In this document: piece by piece, positions 28,405 through 37,572 of the stretch
Layout: each line of letters begins with the position of its first letter
Numbering within the stretch: position 1 is the first letter of the stretch
Virus record (IMG/VR): IMGVR_UViG_3300025030_000126
Coordinates: 1 to 56,768 of that record
Direction: 5' to 3' (one strand)
Origin: a virus
Taxonomy: Duplodnaviria > Caudoviricetes
DNA length: 56,768 bases
The notes under the pieces: generated by a model
Told to the model about the DNA's origin: nothing
The model's database searches: none
What the model saw: the letters and a program-made list of their open reading frames with translations, nothing else
Translations under genes and position numbers: made by a program

Positions 28405-28752
28405 ATGGCCGAGATAGAAGAGTACAGTTTCCTCATGGATATTGACGAATCGGGCTTAGAACGGATGTCCGATCAGCAGGCCATGGAAGAGAGAATCCGG
28501 GAGTGGCTTGCAACGCCTGAAGGGACCGTTGCGGATAAGCCGGGATGGGGTCACAGGCTTTCAAGGCTGAAGTTCGAGCCATCGGGGCCTGACACAAACG
28601 TGATGGCGGAAATGCTCATTGCTGAAAAGCTTTCCCTTGACATCAAAGATATGGTACTAAAAGGCGTCCTAGTGGATTTTAAGGAAATAGACCTTATGTA
28701 TGTGGTCATCGACTTTGGCTTTGGGGCCTTTGAGGGGGATGTCAAGTTATGA
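28405..28752 (+). CDS. pmgA: baseplate sheath initiator, P1 PmgA-like
   Basis: R..EWL.TP.G.V...P.WG..L...K.EP. Confidence 0.87.
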   Translation: MAEIEEYSFLMDIDESGLERMSDQQAMEERIREWLATPEGTVADKPGWGHRLSRLKFEPSGPDTNVMAEMLIAEKLSLDIKDMVLKGVLVDFKEIDLMYVVIDFGFGAFEGDVKL

Positions 28753-30155
28753 TTTCTGTGCAAGACGCCATAGACCAGTTCAAAGCGATCATTGGCACAG
28801 CCGCGTCTTGGGTCCGGCTGGCAAAAAGCCAGTTTGTGGACCAGATAGCGATTTTCCTGAGCTGGGCTTTGCGTGATGCGCTTTGGAAACTGGAACGGGT
28901 GAAGCAAGAATTCTTTCTCGCCACCGCCATCAACGACTCATCTGTCAGAGCCCACGCTGAAGGGCGGGAATACCTGCCCCGAAAAACGACTCCCTCCAGG
29001 GGGGCTGCACGGATAACGAATAACGGTGCCTACTCCGTTGCTATCCCGGCAGACACCCCCTTCGTATCAGTGGCACAGGTTGATTACCTGATAGAATCGG
29101 CAGTCGCCATCCTGCCTGGAGCATACGCCGACATAGAAGTCGTGCAGCTCTCCAAACAGGCACCCATAACGGTCTCAGTTTTGGAAGAGGTGCCCTTTAT
29201 CGAGATTCTGTTCCCGAAAGAGACAAGCGGCAAGCTCGCGTCCTTCAGGGTGTCGGTGGATACCGGCGACGGCTTCGAGTCTTGGACCTATGCCCGTCTG
29301 TTCCAAAACTGTGCTGCCGATGCAAAGGTCTACGATGAGTTTTACAATCACAGCGGGCAGACGGGTATCCGCTTTGGGAACGGCATATTCGGGATGATAC
29401 CTCCGTTCGACTCCGTGCTGAAGGTGGACTACTGGACGTCCGAGGGGGACACGGTCCTCGTGACAGGCCAGCAACTGCAACTGGTCTCCGATCTGCTGGA
29501 CCTGAATGGGGACTCCGCAGACCTGGGGATCGTCACGCTGGACAGCATAGACGGCGGCGGGGCGGGCGAAAGCATCACGGAGATGCGTAAAAACCTCCAT
29601 TACTGGCCACGGTATAACAACAAACTGGTATGGGATGACGATTATGCCTTCTACATCAAAAGCAGGGTCGCGGGGATCACCTGGATCAAGTGCTGGGGGG
29701 AGCAGGAGCAGGAGGCGGAAAGCGGCTTTGACGTGCAGAATATAAACAAGATTTTCGTCTCGGCCTACGCGCCGGGGAACGCGGGACTTTCCGACGAAGT
29801 GCTGGCCGTGCTGGCCGACATCCCGCTCCTGAACCGGAAGTTCAACTGGACGGCCCCGCTGCTGTCGGCATTCACCATCGCCATCACGGGCAAGGTCGGG
29901 CGGGACGTGGATATCCCTGCGGCGGTCATCGGCATAAAGGACGTTTTGATCCCGAATTACGGTCTCGATTCGGCTGCGAGGCTTGATGTTGTCCGTGTCT
30001 CGGACCTGTACGATATCGTCAAGGCAACGGGCTACTTCAACGGCCCCGGAGCCTATTATGAGATAGCCATTGCAGGGGTCACCTCGCCCGCAGAGCTGAA
30101 AGAGGCTGTGTCGCTCGACATCGAAAGCAGCACGTTTACCCTTACCTACCCTTAA
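28749..30155 (+). CDS. bplA: baseplate wedge protein, P1 BplA-like
   Basis: EFFLATA...SSV.AHAE.REY.P, GIRFGNG..G..PP, LVW..DY, WGEQEQE. Confidence 0.9.
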   Translation: MISVQDAIDQFKAIIGTAASWVRLAKSQFVDQIAIFLSWALRDALWKLERVKQEFFLATAINDSSVRAHAEGREYLPRKTTPSRGAARITNNGAYSVAIPADTPFVSVAQVDYLIESAVAILPGAYADIEVVQLSKQAPITVSVLEEVPFIEILFPKETSGKLASFRVSVDTGDGFESWTYARLFQNCAADAKVYDEFYNHSGQTGIRFGNGIFGMIPPFDSVLKVDYWTSEGDTVLVTGQQLQLVSDLLDLNGDSADLGIVTLDSIDGGGAGESITEMRKNLHYWPRYNNKLVWDDDYAFYIKSRVAGITWIKCWGEQEQEAESGFDVQNINKIFVSAYAPGNAGLSDEVLAVLADIPLLNRKFNWTAPLLSAFTIAITGKVGRDVDIPAAVIGIKDVLIPNYGLDSAARLDVVRVSDLYDIVKATGYFNGPGAYYEIAIAGVTSPAELKEAVSLDIESSTFTLTYP

Positions 30156-30167
30156 AAGGAGTCTCTT

Positions 30168-31199
30168 ATGCTTGACTGGATGGTGAAGAGACTCACCCCC
30201 GCCAAAAGGGAAGTCGCCAGATGGAGAGACCTGGGAGCCGCATTGCAGACCTTTTGGGAAACCCTCTTCGATCCCGAACTCGACAAAATTCGCCGCATGA
30301 ACTCCATATACACGGCAGATCTTGACGGGCAACGCCGGATCGTCGCCGACCTGGGGGATTACTTCGAACCGGATCAGGCCGACATATCCATCCCCATATC
30401 CGTTGCCATGCGGAAGCTGGAACTGGCGATGAAGGACACTGATTATCCTATCCGTTCGGCAATCCAGCGTATCGGACTGGAAGGGTCGATAGGGGGGTCA
30501 TCGCAGTCGCTCTACCTGCTTGATGGGGGAGGCAGCGGCAAGGTGGGGCGTCTCCAAGCCAGATGGAACAGGGGGGCATCTTGGCAGATCGAGGTGCAGA
30601 CTGTCCAAGGGTATGAGCCGAGCGACCCCATTCTTATCCTCGACAAGGGTGAGAGCGGCAGAGTGGGGAGCATCCAGGCCCAAATCATAGGAGAGAACGA
30701 CGACCACGAGGATATGTGGTACGCCACGGTAGCCACCGCAGACGGGGTGCCTTCACCGGAAGTCTGGATGAAGGATGTGGACGGAGCCCGCAAATCGGTC
30801 CTGCTTGAAGCCGAGATCATGGTGGTAGACGGAGACGGCGTGGAGACTTGGCAACTTCTGGCAGTCAGAAGCAGGTACATCAACGGCGAAGGGGTGCAGT
30901 GGCTCCCGCTATGGGCTTTGGAGTCGGACGGACCTTATGGCACCCAGTTTTACAATGAGGCGGTGGGCATCCCCGAAGGGGCCTATTTAACCTCTCGCGG
31001 GGTGATACTCGCCGACCTGCGTGCCATAGATCAGGCGTCGCTGTCTCGCATAGACGATCTGGTCAGGAATATCAAGCCACTGCACATCGTCTATGACGGG
31101 ATGATTTTCATAGGCACTGATTTCTCGCAGTCTTTCAACCTCATTGCCGAATCGGATGAGCACATACTCGCCGAGGAAGGCGACAACGTTATCACGTAA
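30168..31199 (+). CDS. gp16: baseplate wedge protein, P1 gp16-like, with internal insertion
   Basis: W...RLTPAK, P.L..I....SIYT, W.PLWA...YG, YLTSRG, PLHIVYDG. Confidence 0.85.
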   Translation: MLDWMVKRLTPAKREVARWRDLGAALQTFWETLFDPELDKIRRMNSIYTADLDGQRRIVADLGDYFEPDQADISIPISVAMRKLELAMKDTDYPIRSAIQRIGLEGSIGGSSQSLYLLDGGGSGKVGRLQARWNRGASWQIEVQTVQGYEPSDPILILDKGESGRVGSIQAQIIGENDDHEDMWYATVATADGVPSPEVWMKDVDGARKSVLLEAEIMVVDGDGVETWQLLAVRSRYINGEGVQWLPLWALESDGPYGTQFYNEAVGIPEGAYLTSRGVILADLRAIDQASLSRIDDLVRNIKPLHIVYDGMIFIGTDFSQSFNLIAESDEHILAEEGDNVIT

Positions 31200-31214
31200 C
31201 AGGGAGATCTTTTT

Positions 31215-31979
31215 ATGAAATTGTTCAGGTACGTCGCGGCCTTAATGCTGTTCCACACCGCAGCCTTTGCAGCAGACATCAAAGTCACTCAGATGCCTGC
31301 TGCGATCAGTGTCGCGCCTACCGATCTGCTGATGCTGGTGCAGGGGAGCGCGTCCAAGAAGGCGACTGTAGGTCAGGTCACACTAGGGGGTGTAGGGTAT
31401 GCGGCCAATGCGGGGACGGTAGCCAACACCATCCCGGTTCGAGACGGGGTCGGCAAGCTCCCTGGCAGCATAACCGGCGATGCCGACACGGTGGACGGAT
31501 TCCATGCCGCAGCCTTCGCCACGGCAGCGCAAGGGACTAACGCCGACAAGGCCGCTCCTACCGGGACCGTTATCACCTTTGCCGGGGCTACTTGCCCATC
31601 CGGGTGGCTGGCGGCAAACGGCGCGGCGGTAAGTCGGGCATCTCAATCCGTCCTTTTCGCGGTGATAGGGGTCACCTACGGCACTGGGGACGGCACTACT
31701 ACCTACAACCTACCTGACCTTAGAGGCGAATTCGTAAGGGGCCTGGATAGCGGCAGGGGGGTAGACAGTGACCGCGTACTCGGTAGCTGGCAGAACCATA
31801 CGTTCCAGCAGCATACTCACGGCGGGGTGCCTCTGAAAGAGAACGATGCCAGTGACGGTTCTGCCGCAAGCACCGTTTCCTTCACTGGCACCACTGCTAC
31901 AACTGGGGCCGTAACCGGCAGCTACGGCACGGAGACTCGCCCGCGAAACGTGGCACTCCTGTACTGCATCAAACCCTAA
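31215..31979 (+). CDS. tail fibre protein with tail-collar domain and N-terminal signal peptide
   Basis: PTG.VI.FAG...PSGWL.ANG..VSR.....LFAVIG.TYG.GDG.TT.NLPDLRGEFVRG.D; ETRPRNVALLYCIK; starts MKLFRYVAALMLFHTAAFA|ADI. Confidence 0.9.
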   Translation: MKLFRYVAALMLFHTAAFAADIKVTQMPAAISVAPTDLLMLVQGSASKKATVGQVTLGGVGYAANAGTVANTIPVRDGVGKLPGSITGDADTVDGFHAAAFATAAQGTNADKAAPTGTVITFAGATCPSGWLAANGAAVSRASQSVLFAVIGVTYGTGDGTTTYNLPDLRGEFVRGLDSGRGVDSDRVLGSWQNHTFQQHTHGGVPLKENDASDGSAASTVSFTGTTATTGAVTGSYGTETRPRNVALLYCIKP

Positions 31980-32001
31980 TCGCTGAGAATTGGAGGTTGT
32001 A

Positions 32002-35000
32002 ATGAAATATTTGCTGATGAGCGGAAAACAGGCGGGCATTGCAGCGGCACTGATTTTCGTCGTATGGGCGGCGATGTTCGAGCCGACCCCGGACCTCGCC
32101 AGGGCCGCAACGGTAATCGGCCCCAGTTTCATGAACATAACGTCGCCGGGGCAGCAGACGCTGAGATCTACGCAGATCGGCAATACCGTGGAGATCGTCG
32201 GGACCGGCGATATAACCATTACCACGGATCGAACGGCCAAGAAATTAACCATATCGTCGTCCGGTGCCGCGAACCTTACAACCCTCACGAATCAGGCGAC
32301 AGCCGCAGCAACTTCGGCGCAGTCTTCAGCCACATCGGCCATGAACGACGCGGTGACGGCATTCACCAGGGCAGATGCGGCGAGTGCTTCCGCCATCTCA
32401 GCGGCACAAGCGGCTACCAACGCATCGGCGGCGAAGTCGGCGGCGGTGCAGGCGCAGGCCAACGCAGTGCTGGCGCAGGCACAGGCGAATACGGCGGCGG
32501 CGACGGCATCGGCTATGGTGGAGACCGCAAGCAGCATAGTGATGGATGTCGAGGGGGCGGCGGCGTCAGCAGCGGCGGCGGCCATTTCGGAAGCCAATGC
32601 AGTCTTCGCCGCAAACGAAGCCGATGGAGACGCGGCGGCGGCGGAAACGTCTGCCACGGATGCCGCTACTTCGAGCACTTCCGCTTCAGGGTTCGCAGAC
32701 GCGGCCAACACCTCCGCATCGCAAGCCAGCACATCGGCGGGCCAGGCGGGAACCAGTGCCAGTGCAGCCGCTTCCAGCGCCACCACGGCGACGACCAAGG
32801 CGGCAGACGCCAGCACTTCGGCCACGGCAGCGGCGACATCGGCAAGTTCCGCCGACACCTACAAAACCGCAGCAGAAACAGCCAGCACGGCGGCGACGAG
32901 CGCCAAGGTGGCGGCAGAAGCGGCCAACACGGCGGCGGGTACGTCTGCTTCAGCAGCGGCAACGAGTGCGAGCAACGCAAGTTCTTCTGCCGGTGCCGCA
33001 TCTACGAGCGCCAGTGCTGCGAACACCTCGAAGCTTGCTGCCGAAACGGCGCAGACTGCGGCAACATCGGCGCAGACGGCAGCGGTCACGGCGAAGAACT
33101 CAGCAGAGTCGGCCAGCGCAGCAGCGGCCACCAGTGCGACCAACGCGGCGAACAGCGCCACGGAAGCGGGAGGGAGCGCCAGTGCGGCGGCGACTTCAGC
33201 AAGCGCGGCATCAACGCAGGCGACCAATGCGGGGAACTCAGCCACGGCGGCTAATACATCCAAACTGTCAGCCGAATCAGCTTATGACGCAGCCAGGGTG
33301 CAGACTTCTGGGGTAACCTTCAGTCTACCCACCTACGAGTTATTCTGGGGGTATGGTGGCGACCCTGCAACTACGGTAGCGATATACTCTTCTGGAGGTG
33401 CAACTATTAGTACGGTGGCTAACACCTCAGGTTCAGGCGGCCTAGCCCTGTCTATCTCCGGTGCTCCACCGTCTTGGATTGGTACACGAAAAGCTTATCC
33501 AGTAACCGAGGGACGAAAGTACAGGCTGACCGTTAAGGCAAGAAAAACTGTAGATGACGGTGGACTACTCTATATAATGTCAACACCACTAGATAGTAGC
33601 TACATGGCAATAAGGTACGACTATCTGGGTCTGCCCGCACTTGTAGTCGCTAATGGCTGGCAGACCTACAGCTATGAAATAATACCAATAGCGGGCGACA
33701 AATTTATTAGACCCGCAATTCTTCCCAACTACAACAACCTTACTGGAACAACTGAGATAGGTCAGATGTCTTTTGAAGATATCACGGAGTCAACAGCGGC
33801 AGCAACACAGGCGAGCGCAGCGGTCACCAGCGCGAATAACGCTTCCACTAGTGCGACCAATGCCGGGACGTCTGCCAGTGCAGCAGCTACCAGTGCAACC
33901 ACGGCGTCTACCCAAGCGGGCGATGCCAGCACTTCAGCCTCCCAAGCATCCACTTCCGCAACAAATGCTTCTGGGTCGGCCAACAGCGCCAGCACCAGCG
34001 CCACGGCAGCGGCCAACAGTGCGACCAATGCCGGGGACAGTGCTGGTGCGGCGGCCACGAGCGCAAGCACGGCTTCAACTCAGGCGACCAACGCAGGGAC
34101 GTCTGCTTCGGCGGCGGCGGTAAGCGCCGTTACCGCAGCATCAGAGGCCGCAGGTGCCAGCACCTCGGCGAGTGCAGCATCGACCTCGGCGAGTAGCGCA
34201 TCGACCTCGGCGGGGGCGGCTGGCACGTCGGCAACAGCGGCGGCGGCAAGTGCGACGGCGGCTAGCACCTCGGCGGGTAGTGCCAGCACCTATGCCAGCC
34301 AAGCTTCTACGTCGGCAGGCAATGCGGCGACCAGTGAGACCGCAGCGGGAACCAGTGCAAGCAATGCCAGCGCCTCTGCCAGCACTGCGTCATCGCAGGC
34401 AAGCAGCGCATCTACTTCAGCGGGTAATGCCTCTGCCAGCGCCACGGCGGCAAGTAACAGCGCCACTGCCGCAAGTACGTCAGAAGGGAATGCCCTTTCC
34501 TACTCGAATAGCGCAGCGTCGTCATCCAGCACCGCTTCGAGTGCAGCTACCACGGCAGGAACTCACGCAAGCAACGCCTCTGGGTACGCGACAAGCGCGG
34601 CGACGAGCGCCAGCGAGGCCGACACGGCGGCGAACCAGTATTCCGCTCAGTACACTCTCAAGGTCGATGCCAACGGGAAGGTTGCGGGGATCGGGCTTTT
34701 CTCGGATGGTACTCTAGGGAGCCATATTGATTTCACCGCCGATGCCATTACCATAGCTTCGGGCAAAACAAGTCCAACCGATACCACTACAGGGTACTGG
34801 CTGGGAAATGATTCAGGGACACCTAAACTCAGTATTGGCAGCAGTACCAACTATATGAAGTGGGACGGCACAAGCCTGAATTACACGGGAAAGATTAATG
34901 GCGACTATATCGTAAGGGGGAAGGTTTTCGCTAATAGCACCATAGAGGGTTCTGGATTCTATATTACCAAAGGCAGCACTGGCAGTTGGATAGTCTGGTT

Positions 35001-35187
35001 CACCGCCCCGTTCACTGCGGAACCTACTGTTACGATTACACCCCTAAGATTCGGAAAGGGAGCTGCCGTATCAATGTCGAGCAGTGGTGTTGGTGATTTT
35101 GGTGTTTACACAACGCTAGAGGACGCTGGGGGTGTTGCTCAGTATTCGGACGAAAGTTTCTCTTTTATAGCGATTGGGCCGCGATAA
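32002..35187 (+). CDS. long tail fibre (Ala/Ser/Thr-rich stalk, internal CBM-like domain, DUF1983-like and C-terminal receptor-binding domains) with signal-peptide-like N-terminus
   Basis: GGAGG RBS; Stf-like A/S/T repeats; YTLKVDANGKVAGIGL; F..PF...PTV...FSFIAIG terminus. Confidence 0.85.
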   Translation: MKYLLMSGKQAGIAAALIFVVWAAMFEPTPDLARAATVIGPSFMNITSPGQQTLRSTQIGNTVEIVGTGDITITTDRTAKKLTISSSGAANLTTLTNQATAAATSAQSSATSAMNDAVTAFTRADAASASAISAAQAATNASAAKSAAVQAQANAVLAQAQANTAAATASAMVETASSIVMDVEGAAASAAAAAISEANAVFAANEADGDAAAAETSATDAATSSTSASGFADAANTSASQASTSAGQAGTSASAAASSATTATTKAADASTSATAAATSASSADTYKTAAETASTAATSAKVAAEAANTAAGTSASAAATSASNASSSAGAASTSASAANTSKLAAETAQTAATSAQTAAVTAKNSAESASAAAATSATNAANSATEAGGSASAAATSASAASTQATNAGNSATAANTSKLSAESAYDAARVQTSGVTFSLPTYELFWGYGGDPATTVAIYSSGGATISTVANTSGSGGLALSISGAPPSWIGTRKAYPVTEGRKYRLTVKARKTVDDGGLLYIMSTPLDSSYMAIRYDYLGLPALVVANGWQTYSYEIIPIAGDKFIRPAILPNYNNLTGTTEIGQMSFEDITESTAAATQASAAVTSANNASTSATNAGTSASAAATSATTASTQAGDASTSASQASTSATNASGSANSASTSATAAANSATNAGDSAGAAATSASTASTQATNAGTSASAAAVSAVTAASEAAGASTSASAASTSASSASTSAGAAGTSATAAAASATAASTSAGSASTYASQASTSAGNAATSETAAGTSASNASASASTASSQASSASTSAGNASASATAASNSATAASTSEGNALSYSNSAASSSSTASSAATTAGTHASNASGYATSAATSASEADTAANQYSAQYTLKVDANGKVAGIGLFSDGTLGSHIDFTADAITIASGKTSPTDTTTGYWLGNDSGTPKLSIGSSTNYMKWDGTSLNYTGKINGDYIVRGKVFANSTIEGSGFYITKGSTGSWIVWFTAPFTAEPTVTITPLRFGKGAAVSMSSSGVGDFGVYTTLEDAGGVAQYSDESFSFIAIGPR

Positions 35188-35188
35188 A

Positions 35189-35228
35189 GTTGTGGGCCAG
35201 TTGATATTAGCATCAACTGGCCCACAAC
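35189..35228. terminator. bidirectional terminator-like hairpin between convergent genes
   Basis: Perfect 17-bp inverted repeat GTTGTGGGCCAGTTGAT/ATCAACTGGCCCACAAC with 6-nt loop. Confidence 0.75.
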
Positions 35229-35239
35229 GGAAATCCAGG

Positions 35240-35569
35240 TTAAGGAACAATAACGCCCGAATACAGATAGCCAACACCCCCCGTAATAGTTACTAATTTG
35301 AAATCGCTGGGTACAAACTTGGTAACTCTCATAGACTCCCCGCTGGAGGGCAATATGTCGTAGCCGGGGTCGTAGAAAACTAGGTATTTGTGCCCATCAG
35401 TGGCAGTTATGAGGGTATTGCCCCTTTCATCGCCAGCCACACTGGCGACATCGGCTATTACCTCCGCGTATTCCACCATTTTGGGCGCGTCACTCTCAGG
35501 TGAACTGCCGCAGGCCGTTAGCGAAAACATCAGGATGAGAATCGTTATTGCCAGCTTCAAATTTGTCAT
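35240..35569 (-). CDS. lipoprotein moron (candidate superinfection exclusion)
   Basis: MTNLKLAITILILMFSLTA|C lipobox; own promoter and terminator; only credible minus-strand gene. Confidence 0.8.
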   Translation of the reverse strand: MTNLKLAITILILMFSLTACGSSPESDAPKMVEYAEVIADVASVAGDERGNTLITATDGHKYLVFYDPGYDILPSSGESMRVTKFVPSDFKLVTITGGVGYLYSGVIVP

Positions 35570-35605
35570 TTCGTAGCCCCTTTTCAGAAAGTTATGGTAG
35601 CTCCA

Positions 35606-35640
35606 TTTATACCCCTTTTAGATTATCTGTCAAACAAATA
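35606..35640 (-). promoter_or_regulatory. sigma70-type promoter with repeated TGTTTGACAGATAA box
   Basis: TTGACA-N16-TATAAA on minus strand; 20-mer identical to 53633-53652. Confidence 0.75.
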
Positions 35641-35725
35641 ATGCAGCAAAAAGGGCTTCCAATAAAAATATTGTGAATTGTCAATTAATCAAGTATCTTG
35701 TGGGGCAAAAAACAGGAGGGGCGGC

Positions 35726-37543
35726 ATGGTAACGATAGAGTTTGAGGACTACACCAAAAAGGGGCTCAAGTCGCTCCTCCAGAAGTTCGATAAAGCAGGG
35801 CTCCCGGTAAAGGAGACCGTGGCCGACAACAAGAGCAAGCGCGAGAACGGTTACGCCATCAAGGCGGCTATGCTCACCTTCGAGAGCGGTCAGACTCTCG
35901 TGCTGAAGATCAAGGCCGGGGGAAGTCTCTATCAGGCAAAGCTGAACGGCAAGGTCCTGGCGATCAAGAACTACATCAAGCCGGACACCTTCACCGATGA
36001 GGTCCTGGCCTACGTCAAGGAGAATGAGCCCGCCTACGCGAAGCAGAAGGAAAAGCAGCTTTCGCGGGTGAAGGTCATCGCCCCCAAGGTCAAGGCGATC
36101 AACACCAGCACTGCCGAGCAGATTCACACCTTCACGGCGTCCTTGGAGGAGTTCAAAGGACAGAACGGGGCTGTGCAGGAGCAGATTGCGGCACTCCAGC
36201 CCGTTGTGGTCGAGAAGGACAGGAGCCTGCTGAGACTCCAGGCACAGATCGAAGAGGAAAACAACAAATCGACCGTTCTGCAAAGGCAACTCGAAAACCT
36301 GAAGAGCGGCATCATGGAGAGCGCCAACGATGGGCAACTCATGGAAACGCAGTGCCCCAAGTGCGGAGCAGTGATGGACGATTGCGAAGGCGGCAAAAAA
36401 TGCCCCGCATGCGGTTGTCAAATCGACGGCACGGGGGCAATCCTCGAAGCCGCAGGCACCGCCCCGGTGCAGATCGACCGTATCCGTATCGCGCAGGATC
36501 TGCTGCACGGCAGAGCAAGACACCCGAAACTCACCGCTGCCTTCATCGAGGGATTCAACAACTCCTGCGAGATCAACGACGCCATCGCCTTCATCGAGAG
36601 CTTCACCGATGACGAGCTGATGGGGTTCCTGAAGGCCGAAGAGAACATCTTTGAGTCGGTGCAGCTCAAGGCAGAGGGGAAGATTGCCCGACTCACCAAG
36701 AAAGAGTTCCTGACCGGCATCAAGGCCCCGGAAGATGCCGCGATCCTCGAAGCCGTCGACCTGTTCAACGCGCATCAGGAAGAGCAGGACATGCCGGGGC
36801 GGGCGATGATTCTGGAGTGGGGCAGCGATAACGACGGCAACCCGGATAATGGTGTTGAAACAGGCTCCCCTGCCGAGATTATCGGCGTTCCCGATGGGCG
36901 TGCTACCTACGCCGAACGCTCCGAGTCTACCGGCTGGGCGGTTTTCCAGGACACCACGATTCTCTCCCCCTTCACCTATCCGGCGCCTATCGTTGCAACC
37001 AGCGGTTCCCGTGGCGATTGCCCGAAATGCGGCAGCGACATGACCGCCTGCGAGGGAGGCAGGGAGTGCCCCGCCTGCGGGTGCAAGACCGACATGGACG
37101 GCATGGTGATGGAGAGCGCCAAGCCCCATAGCAACGGTACCGAAGTCACCCTCAAGGGCCACCGTGAAGAGGGCGACGCGCTCGCGGGCAAGAAGGTGCT
37201 GATTCTCGAATCCGTCCCGACCGCTCATGGCCCCTTCTACAAGGTCCAGCACGAGGGGATGATCTACCGGGGCATAGCGCCCGCGATGATCCTCGAAGGC
37301 ATCGGGCTGGAGATCGACAGGAGCGGGGAGCACGACATTGACGACCCGCTGCATGTTGACGACCCCGAGCACGATCAGGGGGCAACAACCCACAAGCCGT
37401 GCCCGTGGTGCGGAGCAGACGTGCAGGAAAATGTCTGCATCAACTGTCACCGGCAGTACCCGATGGCCGTGCAGGACAGGAAGACCTGGGAGGCCGCCAA
37501 CAAGCCGCTTCCGGCCAACGATTTCCCCGAGCAATACGAATAG
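35726..37543 (+). CDS. hdf: Hdf homolog with long C-terminal extension (Zn ribbons, repeated protease-site motifs)
   Basis: F.....KGL..L...F.K.G ... Q.KLNGK N-terminal domain + coiled coil as in P1 Hdf; directly upstream of darA. Confidence 0.82.
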   Translation: MVTIEFEDYTKKGLKSLLQKFDKAGLPVKETVADNKSKRENGYAIKAAMLTFESGQTLVLKIKAGGSLYQAKLNGKVLAIKNYIKPDTFTDEVLAYVKENEPAYAKQKEKQLSRVKVIAPKVKAINTSTAEQIHTFTASLEEFKGQNGAVQEQIAALQPVVVEKDRSLLRLQAQIEEENNKSTVLQRQLENLKSGIMESANDGQLMETQCPKCGAVMDDCEGGKKCPACGCQIDGTGAILEAAGTAPVQIDRIRIAQDLLHGRARHPKLTAAFIEGFNNSCEINDAIAFIESFTDDELMGFLKAEENIFESVQLKAEGKIARLTKKEFLTGIKAPEDAAILEAVDLFNAHQEEQDMPGRAMILEWGSDNDGNPDNGVETGSPAEIIGVPDGRATYAERSESTGWAVFQDTTILSPFTYPAPIVATSGSRGDCPKCGSDMTACEGGRECPACGCKTDMDGMVMESAKPHSNGTEVTLKGHREEGDALAGKKVLILESVPTAHGPFYKVQHEGMIYRGIAPAMILEGIGLEIDRSGEHDIDDPLHVDDPEHDQGATTHKPCPWCGADVQENVCINCHRQYPMAVQDRKTWEAANKPLPANDFPEQYE

Positions 37544-37572
37544 CCATTAATTTCCCGGAGGGAGGGACACCA

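Noticed and set aside
31215-35187. Cin-type invertible segment or DGR on the fibre genes
   Set aside because: No invertase, inverted fibre copy, reverse transcriptase or TR/VR pair seen in the window
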